The notes beneath the pieces are model-generated. The model did no database searches. It had not been told where the DNA came from and saw only the letters and a program-made list of their open reading frames with translations. Shown here piece after piece: positions 1 through 8,762 of a DNA stretch of 64,000 nucleotides. The DNA lies in NCBI GenBank assembly GCA_039028615.1, contig JBCCHT010000030.1, forward strand, positions 92,151 to 156,150, in the 5' to 3' direction. Numbering within the stretch: the stretch's first letter is position 1; the number at the start of each line of letters is the position of its first letter. This DNA is from Myxococcota bacterium (GTDB lineage: Bacteria > Myxococcota_A > Polyangia > Nannocystales > Nannocystaceae). The translations under genes and the position numbers were made by a program.

Positions 1-325
1 CATCGCCCAGTGGGAGTGCGCCGAGTTCTTCGAGGACGTCTCGGGTCAGCGCACGGCCTTCATCGCCAACGGGGTGACGTCGTTGTCGTTCCTGTTGCTG
101 CTGCGTCGGCGGCCCGGGTTGGGTGGCCTGTCGATGACCGTGGCCTGGACCAAGATGCTGGGGAGCGCCTTCGTGTGCTTCTCGTACCTCTGGCTGTTCC
201 CCATGGTCTGGCCGCAGGCCGACCAAACCTTCCACTACGTCCTCTACGTGACCATCTTCGGATTGGACGTGCTGTACATCGTGCGCCTGGGACAGCGACG
301 GGCTCAGCTTCGGCGCAGTCGCTGA
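1..325 (+). CDS. C-terminal fragment of an integral membrane protein (5' end lies outside window)
   Basis: Open frame runs from the window edge to TGA at 323-325. It has hydrophobic TM-like segments (SLSFLLLL, FVCFSYLWLFPMVW, YVLYVTIFGLDVLYIV). No family recognised. Confidence 0.3.
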   Translation, partial: IAQWECAEFFEDVSGQRTAFIANGVTSLSFLLLLRRRPGLGGLSMTVAWTKMLGSAFVCFSYLWLFPMVWPQADQTFHYVLYVTIFGLDVLYIVRLGQRRAQLRRSR

Positions 326-573
326 CTGAGCGTACGCGCCCGGTGCAGCCAGCGGGGCCACGGCGGCGCTGATGGTTCGGGGTGGCCCCGCGCGCTCTGC
401 CGCCGCGTCGACCAGCGTCGCAGCTCTCGATCGGCGTGCTTGCGCACGAACCTCAGCGCCGCCATTCCCACCGTCGACGCCATGAACACGATGCGATCCA
501 TGCCATCCAGCGTGCCCGGTTCCGGCGACGATGCGCCAGGTCAGTCGGTGCCCGGAAGCTGCTCAGATCGTGC

Positions 574-2694
574 TCATTCGCCGCTCACCATGCCCAGCTC
601 GCGCTGCCACAGGTACTCTACGATGAACTCGACCCCGCTCTTGAGGTGGCGCCGAAAGCTGCTCAGCGGCACGCCGAGGGTCTCGGCCGCGGCCTCTTGC
701 GAAGGCGCATTGCGGCCGTACTTGGCTTGCACCGCGCGGGCGTGCTTTTGGCGACCGACCGCCGATTGCAGGGCATCGAGCGCCGCATCGAGGCAGGCCC
801 GGAGCCGGCCGACCCGCGCCTGTACGGAGGCGCTCGCTCCCGTTCGCTCTCGCACCAGCCGAGTCTCGAGCAAGGGGTTGCCGACCAACGCTCGTGCATC
901 ACCGCGGTGACGCAACGCTTCCCGCACCGCGGCTTCGAAGGCGGCCCGCTCGAGCACGACCACCGAGGGTGGCGCTTCGGGAGCGACCACGGGTGACGTT
1001 TGGTCTTCGCGACGGGCCAGCAAGTGCAGCCAGTCGCGAAAGGGCCGAGCCCGGAAGTCGTGGTGCATGGTGCCATAGCGGTGGGAACCCAGCGCGAAGT
1101 CGCCGACGTCGGTGCGAGAAAAACCCATGTACTCGAAGATGGGCTGCCAAAACGCCACGTCGCGGAAAGTGGCGATGGCATAGGCGAGGTTGGGCGTGCG
1201 GGCGTAGGTCCTCACCATGTGCAGCCACATCCGGCTCTGCACCGGGCCCACCGCCTGGTAGTCGGCCAACGAGAGCCACCACCGCGTGACGATGACGACC
1301 TCCTCTCCTCGCAAGGGCCCCCGCGACGCGATGAGCGAGCGTGCGCCCGCAAAGGCGGGGTCGCCCACCGCGGTGTCGACCTCCTCGGCCCGGAGCATCG
1401 GCGCGCAGTGATAGCCCACCACTCGATTGTCGTGATCGCGGAACACCAGGCAGGCATGCGGCTGGCGCTCGAGCCAGTAGCGAAACCAACGCACCGCCTC
1501 GTCGCCTTCGCGCTCGCGCAGCACGGCCTCGACCTCGTCGGCCTCGTCCGCAGTGGGCGAGATGGGAAACAGCGGCAGGTGCCGGTTCCAGTCGAAGAAG
1601 CGCCTCGCCAGCGGGTTGTGGCTATGCAAGAAACTGAGGTCGTAGATCGAGGCGATCTGGGCCGCCTCGTTGGCCGCAGCCGAGCACTCGGCCTGGGCCT
1701 CGAAAAACCCGTGGGCACGCTCCCGTAGGCAGCGGTACCAGTCGGGATCGCGAAAGCGCAGGTCTTCGAGCACCGCTCGGCGCACGTGGTCGTGGGGGCA
1801 CGAGCCGTCGTCGCGGGTCTCGAAGAACGAGCGCTCGCGGAGCCACCGAAACAGGCCGTAGCAGTCCTGCCGATCGAGCAAGGCCCGGAGCAAGGGCTCG
1901 TTGGTCACCCGAACCACGCAGGCGGCCTCGAGCGCGCGTCGACGGTCGGGATCGCGGATCTCCTGCGTGAAGCAGGACACCAGCGAATGCACGATGTCCC
2001 CCCGCGGGAGCCGGTCGAAGCGCACCGCCCGGTTGCGCAGCGACTCGGCCACCAGGGCGAGCGCGAGCGGATGCCCGGAGGTGAAGGCGAAGATCTCGTC
2101 ATGCTCGGACGCATGCACCCCGAGCCCCGCCAGCAGCGAGCCCGCGTCGGTACGACCGAGGTTGTGGAGCGTCACCAAGCGCAGCCGAGGCGCCCACTCG
2201 AGGTCCGTGCGCCACCGTGACGGCAGCGGATCTCGACCCGCCAGCACCGTCACGATGCCCGCGGGGAGCCGAGCCAGCAGCTCCTCGAAGACCCAGGGGA
2301 GCGCCTCGCCGACCGTCTCGAGCGTGTCGATGATGAACAGGCCGGGTGCCGCTTCGGTCAGCGCCTCGAGGGCACACATGGACCGACGTCCCGTGACCCG
2401 CCCGAGCGCGGCTTCGATCGCGGCGGGTGTGCCGTCGAGGTCGCGCGCATCGAGGACCACCACCGAGGCCCCCGATTCACGGGCAGCCGCAGCGAGGCCC
2501 CGAACCCACGTTGTCTTACCTACGCCACCCGGTCCCCAACAATGGAACACTGCATTCGAAGACGAGCCCAGGGCATCGAGCACGACGTTCGTCTCTTTTT
2601 CGCGGCCAGAGATTCTAATCTTGATCGCACTACCCTCTATTGGATCCGACGAGGCTGCGAGAGCCTCGTTGCAAGAAGTTCGTAGCTTGCCCAC
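574..2694 (-). CDS. P-loop NTPase (AAA+/STAND-like) regulator with C-terminal sigma-70 region-4-like HTH; paralog A of a divergent pair
   Basis: Walker A WGPGGVGKTTW and Walker B-like LFIIDTLE, followed by a long helical region. The C-terminus (PLSSFRRHLKSGVEFIVEYLWQRE) resembles ECF sigma region 4.2. The track ORF extends to 3108, but that would overlap the divergent paralog by 360 nt. An in-frame GTG near 2694 leaves about 50 aa before the P-loop, as in paralog B. The start is uncertain. Confidence 0.6.
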   Translation of the reverse strand: MGKLRTSCNEALAASSDPIEGSAIKIRISGREKETNVVLDALGSSSNAVFHCWGPGGVGKTTWVRGLAAAARESGASVVVLDARDLDGTPAAIEAALGRVTGRRSMCALEALTEAAPGLFIIDTLETVGEALPWVFEELLARLPAGIVTVLAGRDPLPSRWRTDLEWAPRLRLVTLHNLGRTDAGSLLAGLGVHASEHDEIFAFTSGHPLALALVAESLRNRAVRFDRLPRGDIVHSLVSCFTQEIRDPDRRRALEAACVVRVTNEPLLRALLDRQDCYGLFRWLRERSFFETRDDGSCPHDHVRRAVLEDLRFRDPDWYRCLRERAHGFFEAQAECSAAANEAAQIASIYDLSFLHSHNPLARRFFDWNRHLPLFPISPTADEADEVEAVLREREGDEAVRWFRYWLERQPHACLVFRDHDNRVVGYHCAPMLRAEEVDTAVGDPAFAGARSLIASRGPLRGEEVVIVTRWWLSLADYQAVGPVQSRMWLHMVRTYARTPNLAYAIATFRDVAFWQPIFEYMGFSRTDVGDFALGSHRYGTMHHDFRARPFRDWLHLLARREDQTSPVVAPEAPPSVVVLERAAFEAAVREALRHRGDARALVGNPLLETRLVRERTGASASVQARVGRLRACLDAALDALQSAVGRQKHARAVQAKYGRNAPSQEAAAETLGVPLSSFRRHLKSGVEFIVEYLWQRELGMVSGE

Positions 2695-2745
2695 TCGTAC
2701 TCGCAACCGACCGCATAGCCGCTCGTCGGATCCAATGGAGGCACG

Positions 2746-4824
2746 GTGGTGGTGCAATCGAGACCCTTCATTGGTCGCGTCGTGGAGCTTCGACAGCTCG
2801 CAACGTTGTTGGAGCCGAGCGGCCCTCGCGTCCACGGTGTGCATGCACCAGGGGGTGTGGGCAAGACGACGCTGGGGCGGGAGTTTGCCCGGCAGGCCCA
2901 ACGCGCAGGCTTCGCCACGGCATGGGTCGATGCCGCCATCGTCGAGCCCACGCCCGATGCCATCGAGCGCGCATGGCTGGACTCGCTCGATACCTCGAGC
3001 CTCCACCCCCTCGAGCGACCGACCGTGCTCTTCCTCGATGGATTCGAGCACGTCGAGCGCATCGAAGGGTGGTTTCGCGAGCGCTTGATGGAACAGGCCG
3101 GGCCGCACGCTCGCTTGGTGCTGCTGGGGCGACGGCCGCTATCGCCGTGGTGGACGACCTCGTGGGCCGAGACCGATCGCGTGCGCACCACTGCGCTGTC
3201 CAGCTTCGACCCCGAGGAGGCGCGACACTTCCTCGTACACACTCGCATCGAAGCCGCCGACCACGACGCCGCGATCGAAGCCAGTCACGGGCACCCGCTG
3301 GCCCTGGCCCTGCTCGCCGAAGCGCACGCTCGCGATCCTTCGCCCGGGTGCTCGACGCTGGCCGAGCACCCTTCGCTGGTCGCCCACCTCGTGGACCGGC
3401 TGTGCGGGACGGTGCAGCGCCCCCTCGAGCGCCATGCCCTGGCCGTGTTGGCCGAGGCTCGCGTCACCACCCAGTCGCTGCTCGAGCGCATGCTCCGGCT
3501 CGACGACGGCTTCGAGGTCTTCCGTTGGTTGCGCGAGCTGAGCTTCGTCTCGTCGCATCCCCAGGGGCTCGTGCCGCATGCGTTGGTGCGTGATCTGCTG
3601 CTGCACGAGGTCGGCTGGCGAGACCCCGACCGCGCCCACGATCTTCGGCAGCGGCTCCGCACCTACTACGTCGAAGGCTTCGAGACGGCGGCAGCCCGCG
3701 GACGAGAGCTCGATGCCCTCCGCGATCTCGCGCACCTGTACCGCAACCATCCGCCGTTACGAGGCATGTTTGCCTTCGAGCCGCAGGCCACCCTGTACCC
3801 CGAGGTCGGCACCGACGCGGACCTGCCCGCCGTCGCCTCTATGCTCACCGCGCACGGGCTCGGCGAGGCCCTGCCTTGGCTCGATGACTGGCGCGCCCGC
3901 CCCGAGGGCTCGCTCGTCGTGATGAGGAATCGTCGCCGCGAGATCGTGGGCATGGAGCTGTCGCTGCGCGTAACCGACCAGACCCTGGCCGAGGCCGAAG
4001 CGCACGACCCCGCCGCCGGCCCCCTACGACGAGCCCTCGAGCGCCGCGACCCCTTGCGGCCGGGCGAATACGCGATGGTCGGGCGCCTGTGGTGCACCCA
4101 CGAAGGACAGAAGGTCAACGAAGTGCAGAGCCAGCTATGGCTCAACCGGGTCCGCGAGTGTGTACGGGACGGCCACGTCGCCCACATGGTGGCCTACTTC
4201 GCCGAGCCGAACACCTGGTCGCCCGCGTTCTCCTTCATGGGTTTCGAGCGCTGCCCCGATGCCGATTTCCGCGGCCGCGACCACTCCTACGGTGCGTTCA
4301 TCCGGGACTTTCGGCACGAGTCTTCGGCTCAATGGTTGATGCGACTGACGGGGCTGGTGACGGGGCAACACCTGCTCGTCGAGCGCCCCGCCCCGCGCCC
4401 CAGCCGAGTCGTGCTGAGCGAGGACGACTTTGCCGAAGCCGTGAAGACCGCCCTGCGCAGCTACCCCGCGCGCAACGAGCTCGCCGCCAACCCTCTCGCC
4501 GGTTCGCGCCTGGTGGTTCGACGACGTCGACGCGCCGAGGTCGACGCCGAGTCCCATGCGGACGGTGAGATGCTCGCCCAGCTGATCGAGGAGGCGTGCG
4601 ACTCGGTCCGCACCACGCCCGTGACGCGCAAGGCCTACCGGGCGCTGTATCGAAGCTTCGTCAATCCCGCCCGCACCCAGCGCGAGGCGGCCGAGCTCGA
4701 GAGCATGCCCTTCGGGACCTTCCGCCGCCAGCTCGCGACCGGCATCGAGCGCGTGACCGCCTACCTGTGGCGACTCGAGACCCACGAACGACCCGAGCAT
4801 CGAGTGGGGCACTCCGGCTCGTAG
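2746..4824 (+). CDS. P-loop NTPase (AAA+/STAND-like) regulator with C-terminal sigma-70 region-4-like HTH; paralog B
   Basis: N-terminal FIGRVVELRQL, then Walker A APGGVGKTTL, Walker B VLFLDGFEHVE and GHPLALALLAE, as in LuxR-family large ATP-binding regulators. C-terminal ESMPFGTFRRQLATGIERVTAYLWRLE is sigma-70 r4-like. GTG start. Confidence 0.65.
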   Translation: MVVQSRPFIGRVVELRQLATLLEPSGPRVHGVHAPGGVGKTTLGREFARQAQRAGFATAWVDAAIVEPTPDAIERAWLDSLDTSSLHPLERPTVLFLDGFEHVERIEGWFRERLMEQAGPHARLVLLGRRPLSPWWTTSWAETDRVRTTALSSFDPEEARHFLVHTRIEAADHDAAIEASHGHPLALALLAEAHARDPSPGCSTLAEHPSLVAHLVDRLCGTVQRPLERHALAVLAEARVTTQSLLERMLRLDDGFEVFRWLRELSFVSSHPQGLVPHALVRDLLLHEVGWRDPDRAHDLRQRLRTYYVEGFETAAARGRELDALRDLAHLYRNHPPLRGMFAFEPQATLYPEVGTDADLPAVASMLTAHGLGEALPWLDDWRARPEGSLVVMRNRRREIVGMELSLRVTDQTLAEAEAHDPAAGPLRRALERRDPLRPGEYAMVGRLWCTHEGQKVNEVQSQLWLNRVRECVRDGHVAHMVAYFAEPNTWSPAFSFMGFERCPDADFRGRDHSYGAFIRDFRHESSAQWLMRLTGLVTGQHLLVERPAPRPSRVVLSEDDFAEAVKTALRSYPARNELAANPLAGSRLVVRRRRRAEVDAESHADGEMLAQLIEEACDSVRTTPVTRKAYRALYRSFVNPARTQREAAELESMPFGTFRRQLATGIERVTAYLWRLETHERPEHRVGHSGS

Positions 4825-4873
4825 ACGAGGCTCCACCCCGCGGCGCCGCAAGCCTCGGTGCTACTGTCGTCGC

Positions 4874-5794
4874 GTGTCCGCGATCCGCCTGTCGAACATC
4901 AACTTGAACCTGCTGCCCGCCCTGGATGCAGTGCTTCAGGAGTGTCATGTGACCCGAGCGGCGGCGCGGATCGGGGTCAGTCAGCCGGCCATGAGCTACA
5001 CCCTGCGGCAGCTTCGAGACCTGCTCGACGACCCCCTGCTCGTGCGTGGGCCACAGGGGATGATTCGAACCGCACGGGCAGAGGAGCTGGCGCCTCGTGT
5101 CCGCGCGGCCCTGGAAGAGCTCGAGCGCGCGCTGACGACCCGGCAATTCGACCCCTCGACGTCGACCCGCGGGTTCTCCATCGCCACCGCCGATTCCACC
5201 TTCTACACGACCCTGCTTCCGCTCCAGATCCGCCTGGCCACCACGGCACCCGGAGTTCGATTGCACCTCGGCCTGTTGGGCCTACGCCCCTACGAGGAGC
5301 GCCTGCAGAGCGGCGAGCTCGACCTCGCGATCGGTATGGCCCTGTCCGATCACCCCGGGGTTCACCGCGAGGTGCTCTACGACCAGCCCTACGCCTGCGC
5401 CGCGCGTGCCGACCACCCCACGATCCGCGGCTCGCTCAGCGCGGAGCAGTTTGCGGAGGCGGAGCACGTCATCGTCACGCGGAAGACCACCGCCGAGCGC
5501 ACCGCCGTCGACGAGACCCTGGCCGAGCGCGGCCTCGAGCGACGCATCGTGCTGCAAGTGCCATCGTTCCCGCTCGGCCTCGCAGCGGTTCGAGGCACCG
5601 ACCTGCTGCTCTCGGGCCCCGCCCGTTTTCTGCGCTCGCCGCATGCGTCGATCGGGCTGCAGGTCATCGATCACCCCTTGGTAGAGCGTACCTATCCGGT
5701 CAGCATGGCCTGGCACGCCCGGGGTAACGGCGACCCGGCGAATCGATGGCTACGTCGACAGGTGGTGGAGGCGCTGCAGGCCGAAAACGGCTGA
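4874..5794 (+). CDS. LysR-family transcriptional regulator
   Basis: N-terminal HTH NLLPALDAVLQECHVTRAAARIGVSQPAMSYTLRQLRDLL, followed by a substrate-binding domain about 300 aa long. Confidence 0.9.
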   Translation: MSAIRLSNINLNLLPALDAVLQECHVTRAAARIGVSQPAMSYTLRQLRDLLDDPLLVRGPQGMIRTARAEELAPRVRAALEELERALTTRQFDPSTSTRGFSIATADSTFYTTLLPLQIRLATTAPGVRLHLGLLGLRPYEERLQSGELDLAIGMALSDHPGVHREVLYDQPYACAARADHPTIRGSLSAEQFAEAEHVIVTRKTTAERTAVDETLAERGLERRIVLQVPSFPLGLAAVRGTDLLLSGPARFLRSPHASIGLQVIDHPLVERTYPVSMAWHARGNGDPANRWLRRQVVEALQAENG

Positions 5795-5953
5795 ATTCGT
5801 GGCCGTACGGGGCACCATCCCCCATATCAACCGCCCCTATGGGCACATTGGAACCTTCGATTGGCCGCGCTCGAGAGGTCGGCGCATGCCTATCCGTGCC
5901 GGCTGCTCCGCTTCACCGAACGTGGCGGCCAGCCACCGACGGAGGACGATTCG

Positions 5954-7591
5954 ATGTTCCGATTCCCATTCCAATCACCGCGATGGGCCGCCCTGGCGGT
6001 CGGCGCTTCGCTCCTGCTCGCCTGCGATCCCGAGGGGTCGACCACCGAGACGGACGCATCCGCCCTGACGATGGCCTTCGACGCGGTCGGTGGCCGGGAC
6101 GCGCTGTCCACCCTGACCAGCTTCGAGGTCACGGGCAACGGCGAGATGTACCTGTTCGGCGAAGGCTACGAGCCCGAGCTCGGCGACGAGCTGCGCGGCA
6201 GCTTCGAGTCCATCACGACCGTCGACCTCCCGGGCGACCGCATCCACACCAGCTGGGACCGCACCATCGACAACTTCGGCGTCGAGATGCCGCTGTACTA
6301 CGAAGAGGTCGTGAGCGGGAACGCCGGCGTCGTCGTCGGCTGCGACTCCGTGTTCGGGCTCTGCACGGGGCAGATGCGATCGAATCGGGTCGCCGCCACG
6401 CGCAAGAGCGTCGAGCTGTTCAACCCGCACATTCTGCTGGCCGCCGCTGTCGACGACCCTTCGATCGCCACCGAGCTCGAAGACGAGACGATCGACGGGC
6501 GGACCCATCGGGTGGTGGCCATTGACGCCAACCCTCGCCCCATTCGCCTGTACATCGACGCCGAATCGGGGCAGCTGCGGCGGGCAGTCACGACCGAGAT
6601 CGAGCCGATTCTCGGGGACGTGGAGGTCGAGGTCGCCTTCGACGGCTGGCAGTCGGTCCAAGACAGCGCGCTGCGCTTCCCGAGCGAGGCCGTCGCGACC
6701 AGCGGTGGCTTGCTGACCTCCGCGGCCTACGATCGGGTGGCCCGCGTGCTCCCGACCGACGACGCCCCTTTCGCCGTCGCGGAGGAGCTGGACGACAACC
6801 ACGACCACGAGTTGCACGAGTGGGGCCAGACCCACAGCCAGTGGGTCGACCGGTCCGCCTGCGCGGGCGTGCCCTTCGACGGTGACCAGGTCTCCGTCGA
6901 GGTCGTCGATCTGCTGGCGGGCTCCGGCATGTCCGGCGTCTACCTCTTCGCCGGCTCGCACAGCACCCTGCTGGTCGAGCACGACGAGGGGCTGATCCTG
7001 GTGGAGGCGCCATTGCACGAGCGCCGCATGGATGCCGTGCTCACCGAGGTCCGCAAGCTCTACCCGACGGACCCCATCACCCACGTCGTATCTACGCACC
7101 ATCACTACGACCACACGGGCGGCCTGCGCCGTGCGCTGGCCGAGGGAGAGCCGACCTTGGTCGTGTCGGAGCGAGGCAGGAAGTTCTACGAGGACATGCT
7201 GGCGGCGCCCTTCGAGGTCGCTCCCGATGCGCTGTCGATCTCCGGCCGCGAGGTCCCGATCGTCACCGTGCCCGACGGCGATGTCCTGCGGATCGGCAGT
7301 GGCCTGCTCGCCGTCGAGGTCCACGACTTCGAAAATACCCACGCCGACGACATGGTGGTCACCTACCTGCCCGCGCTCAAGCAGCTGTTCCAGTCGGACC
7401 TGTACTTCTACTTCCTCGGGCCCGATGGCAGCGAGTTTCCCCTCGTGCCTCCCTTCACCCAGTACGCGGCCCCGATGATCGAGGAGATCGAGACCATGGG
7501 CCTGGACGTCGACTTCCTGCTCGGCGGCCACGGCTTCCCCGTCGACTGGGACACCGCCCGGCGACACATCGAGGCGGCCGGGGCCCCCTAG
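5954..7591 (+). CDS. secreted/lipoprotein metallo-beta-lactamase-fold hydrolase
   Basis: GGAGGA RBS precedes ATG at 5954. Signal peptide with lipobox (MFRFPFQSPRWAALAVGASLLLAC). C-terminal MBL motif VVSTHHHYDHTGG. The track ORF starts 93 nt earlier at 5861. Confidence 0.7.
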   Translation: MFRFPFQSPRWAALAVGASLLLACDPEGSTTETDASALTMAFDAVGGRDALSTLTSFEVTGNGEMYLFGEGYEPELGDELRGSFESITTVDLPGDRIHTSWDRTIDNFGVEMPLYYEEVVSGNAGVVVGCDSVFGLCTGQMRSNRVAATRKSVELFNPHILLAAAVDDPSIATELEDETIDGRTHRVVAIDANPRPIRLYIDAESGQLRRAVTTEIEPILGDVEVEVAFDGWQSVQDSALRFPSEAVATSGGLLTSAAYDRVARVLPTDDAPFAVAEELDDNHDHELHEWGQTHSQWVDRSACAGVPFDGDQVSVEVVDLLAGSGMSGVYLFAGSHSTLLVEHDEGLILVEAPLHERRMDAVLTEVRKLYPTDPITHVVSTHHHYDHTGGLRRALAEGEPTLVVSERGRKFYEDMLAAPFEVAPDALSISGREVPIVTVPDGDVLRIGSGLLAVEVHDFENTHADDMVVTYLPALKQLFQSDLYFYFLGPDGSEFPLVPPFTQYAAPMIEEIETMGLDVDFLLGGHGFPVDWDTARRHIEAAGAP

Positions 7592-7663
7592 TCGGACCCG
7601 TCGATCGACGAGGCCGCCCGGGTGCGTATGTGCATCGGGGCGGCCTTCGCTTTTTGACAAGCC

Positions 7664-8674
7664 CTAGCCCGCGGGCGGCTGGGGCACCGAGTCGGCGGCG
7701 AGCCGGAAGATCATGAAGTCGTGCATCGGATTGCCCGCCCCGCCCGGATAGATGAACGGCGACTGGGCGGGCCACATGATGTTGTCCGGATCCCAGTTGA
7801 ACCACATCCAGCGCGCCTGCTCGTCGATGAGCGTCTGGCAGACCAGCGGAAACTCGTTGCCCACCTGGGGCCCGCCCGCGTACGGCGTCTCGTTCGTCTC
7901 GCCCACCGCCAGGGCGCCGAGCGACGTGCCGACCTCGTCGACCCAGCCCTGGCTCGTCGTCGTGGGATCGGTGTTGGCCATGTTGCACAGCTCGATCTGC
8001 TCGTTGACTACCTCGAGCGGCGGCGTGGGATCGCCCGAGCCATAATCGACTCCCGTCGCGCAGACCTCCCAGCCCTCGTCGCCCGTGTAGACCACCTCGC
8101 CCGGCGTCCCATCGGGCATCTTGCTGAGCCGACGAAACTGCCCGATCACGCCCTGCGTCGTCGCGTTGTCGGCATACGACACGATGTACAGATACTGCGC
8201 CGTGTCCTCGGCGGGCACCGTGTACTCCTCGGGCCCGGAGCCACAGCTGAAGATCTCCGAAGCCAGCACCGCCGCGACCCCGCCGAAGTAGTTCGACATC
8301 TCGTCCTCGGTGCCATAGCCGAACGCATAGGCATTGTCGGCCGTGATCACCACTCCGATGTCCGTCAGCGGCACCGTGCCATCGGGCATGTCCGGCACGT
8401 TCAGATCGAAGATCGGTCCGTCGTCCGTACCGAAGGGACCACTGGAATCGAGCCCCGTCGTGGTCCCCGACGTCGTGGTGCCGTTCGAGCTGCCGCCCTG
8501 CGACGTGGGCGTGACGCCCGAGGTCGAGGCCTCGCTCGTCGCCGACACCGAGCCACTCGAGGACGACGACCCCCCGCTGACCGCCGACGAATCGGCGCCC
8601 GGGTCTTGGGTCCCACACGCCAACGGGATCAGCAGCACAAACGAAGACAGCAACGGAACGGATCGGTAAGCCAC
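7664..8674 (-). CDS. lipoprotein with Ser/Thr/Gly-rich linker, unknown function
   Basis: GTG start gives MAYRSVPLLSSFVLLIPLAC (lipobox), followed by a low-complexity S/T/G linker and a ~250-aa domain. The upstream part of the track ORF (to 8974) is Arg/Pro-rich junk. Confidence 0.55.
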   Translation of the reverse strand: MAYRSVPLLSSFVLLIPLACGTQDPGADSSAVSGGSSSSSGSVSATSEASTSGVTPTSQGGSSNGTTTSGTTTGLDSSGPFGTDDGPIFDLNVPDMPDGTVPLTDIGVVITADNAYAFGYGTEDEMSNYFGGVAAVLASEIFSCGSGPEEYTVPAEDTAQYLYIVSYADNATTQGVIGQFRRLSKMPDGTPGEVVYTGDEGWEVCATGVDYGSGDPTPPLEVVNEQIELCNMANTDPTTTSQGWVDEVGTSLGALAVGETNETPYAGGPQVGNEFPLVCQTLIDEQARWMWFNWDPDNIMWPAQSPFIYPGGAGNPMHDFMIFRLAADSVPQPPAG

Positions 8675-8762
8675 GGCATACGAGTATGACGGCTCGACCC
8701 CCGCGGGCCAATCGGCTCCGAAGCGAGCTCGGCTCGGGGTCGCGCGAACGAAGGTCTGATGC

